Shown here piece by piece: positions 51,387 through 60,336 of a DNA stretch of 64,000 bases. Both the position numbers and the translations under genes were made by a program. This DNA is from Methanothrix sp. (GTDB lineage: Archaea > Halobacteriota > Methanosarcinia > Methanotrichales > Methanotrichaceae), in assembly GCA_040770465.1 (NCBI GenBank), contig JAXGJB010000008.1, positions 15,275 through 79,274 of the forward strand, in the 5' to 3' direction. The notes under the pieces were generated by a model. That model saw nothing but the letters and a program-made list of their open reading frames with translations, was not told the DNA's origin and did not search any database. Numbering within the stretch: position 1 is the first letter of the stretch; each line of letters opens with the position of its first letter.

Positions 51387-52766
51387 ATGTCTGTTGAGGC
51401 TTTGGCAAGGGGTTTGATGGCGCTCCAAGTCTCGGAGGAGTATGCTAGGACTCCTGGGTACTATGCTGTGACAGCCCCTAATAATGGCAGGAGAAGTTGG
51501 GAGTATCAACATGAAGGGGACTTCTGGCGAGATCTAATTCCTGATGATATTTCAGTAAGGACTCCAAAAATATGCTGTGGAGATAGCGTGAATCTGCGTA
51601 TGTTTAGGATTTCGTCATGGCTTCCAAGGGTTCCAGGTCTTTTCTGGAAGGAGGAGTCGAGAAGGATCCGAGGGGCCTCAGAAAATGAGTTTTTAAGAAG
51701 GGCGTATCATATAGATGGTCCAGCCACATTCAGACCCTCTGGCTATTGGAATGATAGTTCCAACCTGCTATCGAACGTCTTTGCTGAATCTTCGGTAGAC
51801 TTTAATAGAAATGATGTGGAGCCTGTCATATTCAATCCCTTGGGAAAGAGCTATCAAGTCCTAGGAGGCGTGGGCAATTTGCGTCTACTACCCAGCTCCA
51901 GTGACGCATTGCTCTGTGCTACATCATCAGGAACTTATTGGAGGGGTATACCTGTTCTGGTTAGGGGTGATGCATTTGAAAACCTTTCCAATATACCTGC
52001 CCATCGTTATGTTGATATCAGTGGGGTATGGGCTTCCATGCCCAGAGAATATGCCGGGCTGCTAGGTGGAGACAACGGCATCCCTAGGGGATGCATTCTA
52101 GTGGAAGAACGAAATAGCATCGTGCGGAAGATACCGAAGCTGATCAGTGATCGCTTCTGGGGAGATAGTGCTGCGTGGACCCTATTCGAGTACCGAGATG
52201 ATAGTGGTTTGATAAGAAATGCATATAGCTATGTAATTTTTCAGGCTGGCTATGGTGGTGGGCTTAGCTATCTGGACCAGCGAACTGATTACGACCCTGA
52301 TAGTGCCGGAGATAGTGCCGGAGCGGCAAGCTGGCTTCGTAGCTATGTAGATTTTTATAAAGGCAGTATCTTAACAGAGTACGATCAATACCTTCCCAGC
52401 CTTGGCGTAATGCTTCCCTTGAATGAGATGCATTCAGGCGTCAATATTCGAACACTAAAGAGCTTCATTGAGAGGGTGATTAAAAGAGCATTATCTCCAG
52501 AAACCGTCAACTATGACGCTGTTGCACCATTCCTGATGAATTACCTTAACTTGCAGGATCTCAAGATTTTGGTGTATAGATACTTAGGAATAAATATTGA
52601 ACTTATTATATCTCCGGGGGCTATTAAGTCTCAGGCAATTGAAGCCATCCTTCAATATTGTGAAGAAAATAGTCTGATGGAAAAGCTCGTCTTTGGCATC
52701 TATGATGGGGGATGGGGTGATAAGATAAGGGAACTTGTAAATCAAGGGAGATATCCAGGATTTTAG
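51387..52766 (+). CDS. uncharacterised protein with C-terminal EAD-like domain
   Basis: 459-aa ORF coupled to the protease gene; C-terminal FLMNYLNLQDLK.L....LG.NIE.I......AI..ILQYCE....MEKL. Confidence 0.7.
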   Translation: MSVEALARGLMALQVSEEYARTPGYYAVTAPNNGRRSWEYQHEGDFWRDLIPDDISVRTPKICCGDSVNLRMFRISSWLPRVPGLFWKEESRRIRGASENEFLRRAYHIDGPATFRPSGYWNDSSNLLSNVFAESSVDFNRNDVEPVIFNPLGKSYQVLGGVGNLRLLPSSSDALLCATSSGTYWRGIPVLVRGDAFENLSNIPAHRYVDISGVWASMPREYAGLLGGDNGIPRGCILVEERNSIVRKIPKLISDRFWGDSAAWTLFEYRDDSGLIRNAYSYVIFQAGYGGGLSYLDQRTDYDPDSAGDSAGAASWLRSYVDFYKGSILTEYDQYLPSLGVMLPLNEMHSGVNIRTLKSFIERVIKRALSPETVNYDAVAPFLMNYLNLQDLKILVYRYLGINIELIISPGAIKSQAIEAILQYCEENSLMEKLVFGIYDGGWGDKIRELVNQGRYPGF

Positions 52767-52845
52767 GCATTGTTTTGTGATCATCCGGTCACTTGTATGT
52801 TCTTTGGAACCGTCAATGCTCTGCAGACTCATCCTTAAATTAAAT

Positions 52846-53127
52846 CCCACATTCCGCACCTTAACGTCCTAAATCGAGTATTTTGCTAGCTAGCGATTCC
52901 GCTAATATAATTATAAATTCAGATATTCATCTACATTAATATTATGTCCGCTTATTGCCGACTCCATATTGAGCGAATATCTCAACATGTCACGTCGCAA
53001 GGATAATCAACATAATGTCAACATAAACAAATTAAAATAACTTAATAAATTATAATTATTGAATTTAATATCACATATCGATAGCAGTAAAAATACCAAT
53101 TTCAGAACTCAAGGTGCGGAATGTGGG
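52846..53127. mobile_element. 282-bp MITE (IS1634-like ends)
   Basis: Perfect 17-bp TIR CCCACATTCCGCACCTT / AAGGTGCGGAATGTGGG; 6-bp TSD TTAAAT at 52840-52845 and 53128-53133; AT-rich interior with no ORF in the track. Confidence 0.85.
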
Positions 53128-53156
53128 TTAAATGAAGCCTTAGAGTAGACAATGAA

Positions 53157-54326
53157 TTAGAAAACTCTCTTCAGCAAGGGAATCCGCCTCAGCACCAGCT
53201 CGCTCGCCACAAAGCACAGCGGCACCGCCACCGCCGCCGCCACGACGAACTTGACGAGGGGATGCCACGCGAACCCCCGCAGGGCCGCGGTGACCAGGAC
53301 CAGGATCGGCGGGTGGAAGACGTAGACTGAGAAGCTGTTATCGGACATGAACCGTGCGAACCCGCCGCCAAAGTCGAACCGCTCCCGGAATATGACGACG
53401 ATGCCGAGAATCGCCCCCAGGCCGAAGAAGGACTCCCAGAGGGCGTAAGCCGCGCTCTGCCAGTACAGGCCGCCGTAGACCTTCGAGATGTCGCCACCCG
53501 GCCCGATCCCGACGATGAAGAGGGCGAGCCAGAAGGCGGTCCCGCCGACCAGGGCGGCCTTGAGCCACGCCATCCCGAAGGAATAGGGGATGCGGAGGAG
53601 CCAGCGCCTCCGGCGGGCGCCGATCCCCACGGCGAAGAGGGCGATGTAGGAGGCGAAGAAGGAGAGCTGCATGTTCAGGACGGCGGTCCCAATGGGCTGG
53701 ACCAGGCGGATGGTGAAGGCTGCGGCTGCGATGACGAGGCCGAGTTTGATGATTTCACGGTGGCCGGGGAGCTCTCCGTCCCCTTCTCCGCGCCCTTCGC
53801 CCTCTTTTGGGTCGGGGAGAAGAAGCCTCGCCGCGGCGTAAGCGGCGGAGAAGATCAGGAGTGCCAGAGCAAACCACATCGGCCCCGAGCCGCCGATGAA
53901 GTTGAGGCCGAGGACGTATCTGAGGTAAAACCCTCCAGGAGCCGGCAGAGGGGCCTCCGCCTCCAGGGCCATCACGTAATATACGAGGGCCGGGTTGATG
54001 AAGAGCATGTAGATCAGGGCGGGGATGCCGAGCCGGACGGCCCGGTCCCTCAGGAACTTCCGGGCGCCCTTCCGGTCGAAGGAGGCGGGGACGAAGTATC
54101 CTGCAATGAGGAAGAGGAGGCCCATGGAGTAGGCCTGGGTGAAGGAGAGGATGATCCCAAAGGCGAGGCCCGTGAGGGGGCCGAGCTCCGCAGGCTCGAT
54201 GTAGTACCACTTCCCCAGGTTCGAGTAGGTCACGGCGGCGTGGAGGACGACCACCTGGACTATCACGAACCATCGGATGTTATCGGCGAAATACAGCCTT
54301 GCGGGTTTGGTCGTGCTTTCCGGCAT
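53157..54326 (-). CDS. acyltransferase 3 family (OpgC/MdoC-like)
   Basis: RLYFADNIR....VV.H...Y, MGLLFLIAGYF, F..DR..RLG.P, WF, SF.VYVFH. Confidence 0.88.
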   Translation of the reverse strand: MPESTTKPARLYFADNIRWFVIVQVVVLHAAVTYSNLGKWYYIEPAELGPLTGLAFGIILSFTQAYSMGLLFLIAGYFVPASFDRKGARKFLRDRAVRLGIPALIYMLFINPALVYYVMALEAEAPLPAPGGFYLRYVLGLNFIGGSGPMWFALALLIFSAAYAAARLLLPDPKEGEGRGEGDGELPGHREIIKLGLVIAAAAFTIRLVQPIGTAVLNMQLSFFASYIALFAVGIGARRRRWLLRIPYSFGMAWLKAALVGGTAFWLALFIVGIGPGGDISKVYGGLYWQSAAYALWESFFGLGAILGIVVIFRERFDFGGGFARFMSDNSFSVYVFHPPILVLVTAALRGFAWHPLVKFVVAAAVAVPLCFVASELVLRRIPLLKRVF

Positions 54327-54428
54327 GATTCTCCCCGAGCCTCTCACAGAGCTCTTCGGTAATCTGTCGAGTTCCGATGAACTATTATTTAATTCGCATT
54401 ATCCTGCGTTGCCTCGTGACTACTCCGA

Positions 54429-55094
54429 TCACCTTTCTGGCCCTCCCCCTCTCCTGAAATAGAGTGCCAACATCAGCATCGACCCCGGCGCTGTGACGAC
54501 CCACGGCAGGCCCAGGAGGAGGAGCCGGGTTGAGAAATGCGGATAAAAATATACTATAACAAAAAGAGGGATGATCAGGCCGTTGGCGAGGAAGAACCGC
54601 CGAACCCACCTCTCCAGCCCTTTCCTCTCGAAGAGGGGGATCGCAAACAGGGTCGCAAAACCGAGGGCTATGTATCCGAGGGCGTCCACTGTCCAGAATA
54701 GAGAGTGAGGCGTCTGGATCAGGACCGGGTCGGGATCTTCGTAGGGGAGGACGGCCGTCAGCTGAACGGCGTAGTTCAGGGTGACGTATACGACGTAGAT
54801 CACGGCAAAGATGACGGCGGCGGAGCTCCAGAACCTCCTGTCGTCTGGCGTCACCTGGTGGAGGGCGAGGAGCGCCAGCATGAAGGGCGTCGCTATCAGA
54901 AGCGAAGATCCGTAGATGAGAATCTCATCCCATGGGCGGCCGAGAAGGCCGACGATCTGGAGGATCTGGAAGACGGAGTAGCCGGCAGCGGCGACGAAGG
55001 CGACCAGCGCCGTCCAGAATCCTATTCTATATATCGATTTATCCATTTTGCTTTCTCCCTCATCTTCAACCTTTTCTTTAGCCATTTTAAGCAT
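54429..55094 (-). CDS. hypothetical multi-pass membrane protein
   Basis: About 6 TM helices; start uncertain. Confidence 0.75.
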   Translation of the reverse strand: MLKMAKEKVEDEGESKMDKSIYRIGFWTALVAFVAAAGYSVFQILQIVGLLGRPWDEILIYGSSLLIATPFMLALLALHQVTPDDRRFWSSAAVIFAVIYVVYVTLNYAVQLTAVLPYEDPDPVLIQTPHSLFWTVDALGYIALGFATLFAIPLFERKGLERWVRRFFLANGLIIPLFVIVYFYPHFSTRLLLLGLPWVVTAPGSMLMLALYFRRGGGPER

Positions 55095-55533
55095 ATGAAC
55101 TATATCAAATTATTGCCTCACCTTCTTTCTGGCTGCCCGCGGATTGCGGCGCCGCCCGAGCGGGTCGCTGTCCCAGCAGTAGGGCGTGGTCGAGTCCGGG
55201 ATCTGCTACGTGGCGATCTCCGACTTGGACGGGGAATGCCCACAGCAAAAACTGCACCATGTGGGACCCTGAGAGCCGGTTGAGCTGAGTTCTGGTTGAA
55301 GGATTCAAAATTCGTGGCTCAGGATTCTGGGAAGCGCTTCAATTTTACCCATCCGATGTTGGCCATTGATGCAGATATCTTCGTTTTCAGGACCGAACCG
55401 AAAGGTCATTGATGCTCACAATAGCTCATCTGTACACATCCGTCCATCTAATCTGATCTTAGTAACCTATATATAGTAATGCCACGTTACTTGCTGTGTA
55501 CAATTTCAGCGATCGTCGAAAACGATCCAGGAG

Positions 55534-56040
55534 ATGTATAACAAAATGGCAAGATTGGGATTGGTAACCTTGGAGCTGATGCTGGCAGAGCTGAGAAGGC
55601 CGGTCTACGCCGGGGACGTCCCCGTCAAGATGGACCTGGAAAAAGACCCTTCCGAGGCGGTATACGGCAGCGGCGAGGGGAGCTATGATTATGCAGGCGG
55701 CGCAGGCCCCGATGAAGATGACGACGGCTGCGGTTGTGGCGGCGACGGCTGTGGTGACGGTGACGGTGACGGTGGCTGCGGCGGCGGATGCGGTGGAGGC
55801 TGTGGTGGCGGCTGCGGCGCCGAGATGACTCCGGCAATGACAATTGCGCCGGAATCCGTACCCGCAGCCGGACCGGCACCGGCCCAGGGACCGACGGCCG
55901 GACCTGCAGACTTTTGGCTTGGTGCCCCTGTAGTCGCCGACCCCGTCGGGGATCGAGACAGAACCAGAGACAGATCACCTCGGCCCGACCGAAAGAAGCT
56001 CCCCTGGTCCTTCGCCCCCAGGGCGAGGATAGCGAGCTAG
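55534..56040 (+). CDS. hypothetical protein with Asp/Gly/Cys-rich repeat
   Basis: TATATATA upstream; DDGCGCGGDGCGDGDGDGGCGGGCGGGCGGGCG tract followed by a Pro/Ala-rich linker. Confidence 0.65.
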   Translation: MYNKMARLGLVTLELMLAELRRPVYAGDVPVKMDLEKDPSEAVYGSGEGSYDYAGGAGPDEDDDGCGCGGDGCGDGDGDGGCGGGCGGGCGGGCGAEMTPAMTIAPESVPAAGPAPAQGPTAGPADFWLGAPVVADPVGDRDRTRDRSPRPDRKKLPWSFAPRARIAS

Positions 56041-56151
56041 CTTTCGCCCATTTCTCCTTTTCATCGGGCAGGCATCTTTTATCCTCGATCGAGATCTCTA
56101 ATTCGAGATCTCTAATTGACAGTTTCAAGGTATTTTTTGAGTTGTCGTCCT

Positions 56152-56484
56152 TCACTCGGATCCTTCAGATCCTTCGGCCTCGGCCATCGCCTGCATGTAC
56201 TGCCGGGCCAGGTTGCACCGCAGAAGCCCTGAGATGAAGACCCCCGCGAGCAGAGCCTCCTCTTTCGACATGTCTTTCAGGGCATCCCTGAGCCGACCGA
56301 CGGCCTCCTCCTCGCTTTCGACGCCCGGATCAAAGACGCTCTTCTTGATCACTTCGCCGATCTTTATCATCTCATCTTCCGATATTCCCAGAAAGCCGCA
56401 GACGATCCCCAGGACTGCCGACTCCTCTTCAGGTTCGAACATGAACGGACTAGATCGGTGCCTGATGAAAAGGTTTGGCATCAC
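56152..56484 (-). CDS. hypothetical protein
   Basis: 110-aa helical ORF with host-like codon usage. Confidence 0.65.
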   Translation of the reverse strand: MMPNLFIRHRSSPFMFEPEEESAVLGIVCGFLGISEDEMIKIGEVIKKSVFDPGVESEEEAVGRLRDALKDMSKEEALLAGVFISGLLRCNLARQYMQAMAEAEGSEGSE

Positions 56485-56668
56485 CCAGCCTCAGGATCGA
56501 CCACCCACCTCCTCTTCCTCCTCCTCCTCCTCACCATCATCCCATCTGTCCCATCCTGCCTTCCTCGTACATCTTTGCGCCTTCCGCCTTCCGTCTCCAG
56601 CCTCCGCCATTTTTTGTCATCGCCAAATTTATATCGGCTCCAGCGTCTTGGCAGATCTGGTGAGAACA

Positions 56669-57643
56669 CTGCAGTCGTTGAACGAGCTTGGGTTAGAGGT
56701 ATTCGAGGAGATGCTGGACTACGCCGACGAGCTCCAGGTGGGGGTGGTGGAGCTGGATAACGGGACTGTGGTCGCCGACGCCGGGGTGGAGGCTCAGGGA
56801 GGGCTTGGGGCCGGTATCTACCTTTCCAGGCTCTGTATGGCCGACCTCGCCGACATCCAGCCGACTCCCATCGAGATCGACGGGACGACCATCCCCGGGG
56901 TCCAGGTGGCGACCGACCACCCCGCCATCTCCTGCATGGCCTCGCAGTGCGCCATGTGGCAGGTGAAGGCCGGCAAGTACTTCGGCATGGGCTCCGGCCC
57001 CGCCCGAGCCCTGGCTCGGAAGACGAAGGAGCTCTACGACGCCCTGGGGTTTGAGGAGTACGCCGACGTCGGGGTCCTCTTCCTGGAGTCGGACACCCTC
57101 CCCGACGAGGAGGCCGCGGGCAAGATCGCCGAAGCCTGTGGGATCGATCCCGCCGACCTCCGCCTCGCCGTCGCTCCCACCGACTCGGTGGCGGGGCTGG
57201 TCCAGGTCTCGGCCCGGGTCGTCGAGACCGGCCTTCACAAGCTCTTCACCATGGGCTTTGACATCAGGACGATCAAGACAGGCTGGGGCCGAGCCCCCAT
57301 CGCCCCGGTCGTCGGCAAGGCCACAAAGTGCATGGGAGCCTCCAACGACGCCATCATCTACGGCGGCGAGACCTACTACACCGTCGACTACGAGCCCTTC
57401 GACGAGCTCCTCGGCTACCTCAAGGCGACCCCCTCCGATACGTCCAGAGACTACGGCGCGCCCTTCTACAAGACCTTCAAGGAGTGCGGCTTTGACTTCT
57501 TCAAGGTGGACCACAACGTCTTCGCCCCCGCCAAGGTCGTCATGAACGACCTCAAGTCGAGGCGGACCCTGGTGGCCGGAAGGCTCAACCCCGAGGTCCT
57601 CAAGGAGTCCTTCGGCTTCGAGGTCGTGAACCGGGAGAGCTGA
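56669..57643 (+). CDS. mch: methenyltetrahydromethanopterin cyclohydrolase
   Basis: NG.VV.DAGV...GG..AG, TDHP.ISCM.SQ.A.W, MGSGPARAL, VQVSARVVETG.HK, DYG.PFY; start at CTG 56669 or GTG 56660. Confidence 0.93.
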   Translation: MQSLNELGLEVFEEMLDYADELQVGVVELDNGTVVADAGVEAQGGLGAGIYLSRLCMADLADIQPTPIEIDGTTIPGVQVATDHPAISCMASQCAMWQVKAGKYFGMGSGPARALARKTKELYDALGFEEYADVGVLFLESDTLPDEEAAGKIAEACGIDPADLRLAVAPTDSVAGLVQVSARVVETGLHKLFTMGFDIRTIKTGWGRAPIAPVVGKATKCMGASNDAIIYGGETYYTVDYEPFDELLGYLKATPSDTSRDYGAPFYKTFKECGFDFFKVDHNVFAPAKVVMNDLKSRRTLVAGRLNPEVLKESFGFEVVNRES

Positions 57644-57742
57644 GGGAGGGGGGATGGGAGGAAGACGATGGTGGGAAAAGGAAGACGGAATGGTGTTACC
57701 TGGCCTCTCTCCACCATTCATCCCCACCATTTTCAGCCATCC

Positions 57743-59551
57743 TCAGATCAGGGTCCCTGAAGTGATCGAGATCATCTCGGCTGGAGAGCGGAGGGCGTTG
57801 GTGGTCGCCGGGATCCAGACGGATGTGTAGTCGTCGCTGTAGAGGAAGAACTCTTTTTCCGGCTTTTCGGCGGTGATCGCCTCGATGATCATGGTGTGGG
57901 GATCGGTGATCTTCCGCCCTGATATCCTGTGGTCCCCTGGGGCCGCCGCAGCCGTGATGTCGGCATCCTCAGCGGTGCAGTTTCCATTCCACGGAAAATC
58001 GTGAAACTCGCAACCGGTGACGTATTCTCCGTCGATGAGGTACTCCTGGTCGGCGACCCCTCCGAAATAGTCCAGCTCGCACCCCAAGACTGAGAGGCGC
58101 GCCTCCTGGACGGCGCAGTTGGGGACCGCCAGCGTCAGGTCGAAGTCGGCTCCGAAGGAGTAGCTTATGGCGTGGTATATCCCGGGGTCGGTGGCGTAGT
58201 AGAGGGCGGCGTTGATGGCCTCCGACCTGTTGTAGAGGGAGACGTTCGCCCCGGCGGCCTCAATTATGTCCATCACCCTCGCGAGGTCTTCGACGAGAGC
58301 GTCTTTGGTCGAGAGGCTGAAGGGGTGGAGGCTGGCGACGACGATGGTGCCGTCGTCGGATAGGAAGGCCCAGTCCCTGGCGCAGTTGCAGCTATAATCA
58401 GAGAACCTCCAGACGATGACCGAGTCGTTCTCAATCTCCACCTGGTGGACGGGGATTATCTTCTCCTTTGCGGCGCTGAAGTTGAAGGGGATATCCAGTT
58501 TCATCGAGGCGCCGGACCGGAGCTCTGCGACGTCCAGGCGCGCCCCCTCGATGGGGATGGAGTCGACGAATCCGCTCCTCCTCTTGAAGGCGACCTCGGA
58601 TCCGGCCCCGCCCCCTCCCAGCTCGAAGACGCCCGGAGTCTGGGAGGAGACGGCAAACGAGGTCGACCAGCTCTCACCGGCCGAAATATCCCCCGCCTCC
58701 CAGGTGATGACCCTCCCCCCGTCCTCCACGGTCTCGGAACTCGGCGGGATCGAGTAGCCGGCGGCCTCGATCTCCGGAGGAAGGCGGTAGGTGACCATGA
58801 CGTCTCTACCAAGGAGGTTCGTCACCTCCTCGCCGATGGCCTGGTAGATCGACTCGAGGGCCGAGGCGTTGCAGGCGCCGAAGTATCTGCCGCCGGTCGT
58901 CTCGGCCATCTCCGTCAGGCTCCGCTCAGCGGAGGAGCCTGCGACCAGGAGCCCTATGGTGTAGATGACGATCCCCTCGTCCTTCGCCCTATCGGCCTCG
59001 GAGCCGGCCCTCCCGCTCCTGGTGTAATCCCCGTCGCCGTCGGAGAGGATGATCACAAACCTCGCCCGCTCATCGGGGCCGGCGGTCGAGTTGGCGGCCA
59101 ATAGGTCGATCGCATCTTTCAGGCCCCGGTCCAGGTTCGTTCCTCCGTCACCGTCCACCCTCCCGATCTCCTCCAGAACGCGGGCGAACTCTCCTGTCGG
59201 GGGGATTAAGATGTCGACATCGTCGTCGAAGCTGACGAGACCGACCCTGTCCCGGGCGGGGTCCATCTTGACGACGAAGCTCCTCGCGGCATCGAGCCTC
59301 ATCCCCGATGGGTCGGTCTCCGTCATGCTGCCGGAGCTGTCGATGGCCAGGATCACGTCGATGGGCATCGTCCTGTTCGCCCCCTCCCCGGCCACCGTCA
59401 GGGTCACCGTCCCGAAGTTCGGTTCCCTCGCCGAGGTCGCCGGCCAGATCTGGTCAGGAGAGACCTGATTTGAGACGGTCAGGTTCGCCTGGCAGGGGCC
59501 GGCGGCGAGGGCCAGGATCAAGGCTGCCAGGAGGATCGACTTTGTGATCAT
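57743..59551 (-). CDS. secreted VWA domain protein
   Basis: Signal peptide MITKSILLAALILALAAG; MIDAS DSSGSM, GGTN, LSDG, IYTIG. Confidence 0.85.
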   Translation of the reverse strand: MITKSILLAALILALAAGPCQANLTVSNQVSPDQIWPATSAREPNFGTVTLTVAGEGANRTMPIDVILAIDSSGSMTETDPSGMRLDAARSFVVKMDPARDRVGLVSFDDDVDILIPPTGEFARVLEEIGRVDGDGGTNLDRGLKDAIDLLAANSTAGPDERARFVIILSDGDGDYTRSGRAGSEADRAKDEGIVIYTIGLLVAGSSAERSLTEMAETTGGRYFGACNASALESIYQAIGEEVTNLLGRDVMVTYRLPPEIEAAGYSIPPSSETVEDGGRVITWEAGDISAGESWSTSFAVSSQTPGVFELGGGGAGSEVAFKRRSGFVDSIPIEGARLDVAELRSGASMKLDIPFNFSAAKEKIIPVHQVEIENDSVIVWRFSDYSCNCARDWAFLSDDGTIVVASLHPFSLSTKDALVEDLARVMDIIEAAGANVSLYNRSEAINAALYYATDPGIYHAISYSFGADFDLTLAVPNCAVQEARLSVLGCELDYFGGVADQEYLIDGEYVTGCEFHDFPWNGNCTAEDADITAAAAPGDHRISGRKITDPHTMIIEAITAEKPEKEFFLYSDDYTSVWIPATTNALRSPAEMISITSGTLI

Positions 59552-59710
59552 GGTGGTGGGTCCTCTTTCTGGTAGAGGCGACTTGATTGCGTAAAAGGGT
59601 ATTCTTGGTGTTGAGGTCAAAATATCACAGGAGGATGGCTTCGAGGAAGAGGGTCAGCTGGGTATCTGCTTGATATTTGGATGCTTTGCTCTCGATCGAC
59701 AATTTGCGGC

Positions 59711-59896
59711 TTAAAGGGGCAGCTCCACAAAATCGCCTTCATCTGCTATCTTTTTCAGATTGCAAATAAACTCAGACTGCTTTTCACTTTCCGTCATCTC
59801 TTCGAGGAGCTGGCTGAAGGTCTCTTCCGAGCTCTTGAGATCGGATAGCTCTGACCTTACGTCCTCGGGTACGTGCAAGCGATTTGTTACAGCCAT
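59711..59896 (-). CDS. orphan antitoxin-like RHH protein
   Basis: RLHVPEDV...L..LK...ETFSQLL.EM. Confidence 0.65.
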   Translation of the reverse strand: MAVTNRLHVPEDVRSELSDLKSSEETFSQLLEEMTESEKQSEFICNLKKIADEGDFVELPL

Positions 59897-60336
59897 GGTG
59901 ATTTCTTAAAGGTTGTAAAGGCGATATAATTTGTGGCTTTAATGGCGAAAAGGCGCGGCTTAACAACAAACCTACATTAAATACCATTGACCTCGGACGC
60001 CCCTCTATCCTGGAGGGGACGGGACTTACCCTCCTAGTGAACATCATTCGGACCGGCCAGCACTGGGACGCTCCGCCTTTCGCGAGGACCTGGACGAGAG
60101 GATGCGGGCTGTGGCGAGGCTCTGGGCCCCATCGTGCCCGCCGAAGAGGACGACCCCGTCCCCCTTTAAAGGAGCATGAAAAACGGGCGAGGGTCCACTT
60201 CATCCCCAATCCAAGGTTGGGATATTCGTGATCCCCTCTGCGCTCCCGAAGTAATCAATGCCGCCGGTGCTCCGTGTCGGCCCTCCTACTTGATGACCTT
60301 GTTCCCAAGAATATAGTCTTTTCAGCGCTCATCAGC

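Noticed and set aside
49600-53157. att sites or an integrase delimiting the AT-rich island
   Set aside because: No integrase, tRNA or flanking direct repeat found by eye; the TTAAAT TSD belongs to the MITE only
55625-56155. 176-aa minus-strand ORF coupled to the 56152-56484 gene
   Set aside because: Only the first ~38 aa look protein-like and the rest is antisense to the 55534 gene; a short peptide cannot be excluded but is unsupported
56195-56659. 155-aa N-terminal extension of Mch in the ORF track
   Set aside because: It overlaps an opposite-strand gene and a polypyrimidine tract; Mch similarity begins at about 56669
59980-60231. Possible frameshifted gene remnant at the edge of the second island
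   Set aside because: Coding-like composition but no family could be assigned
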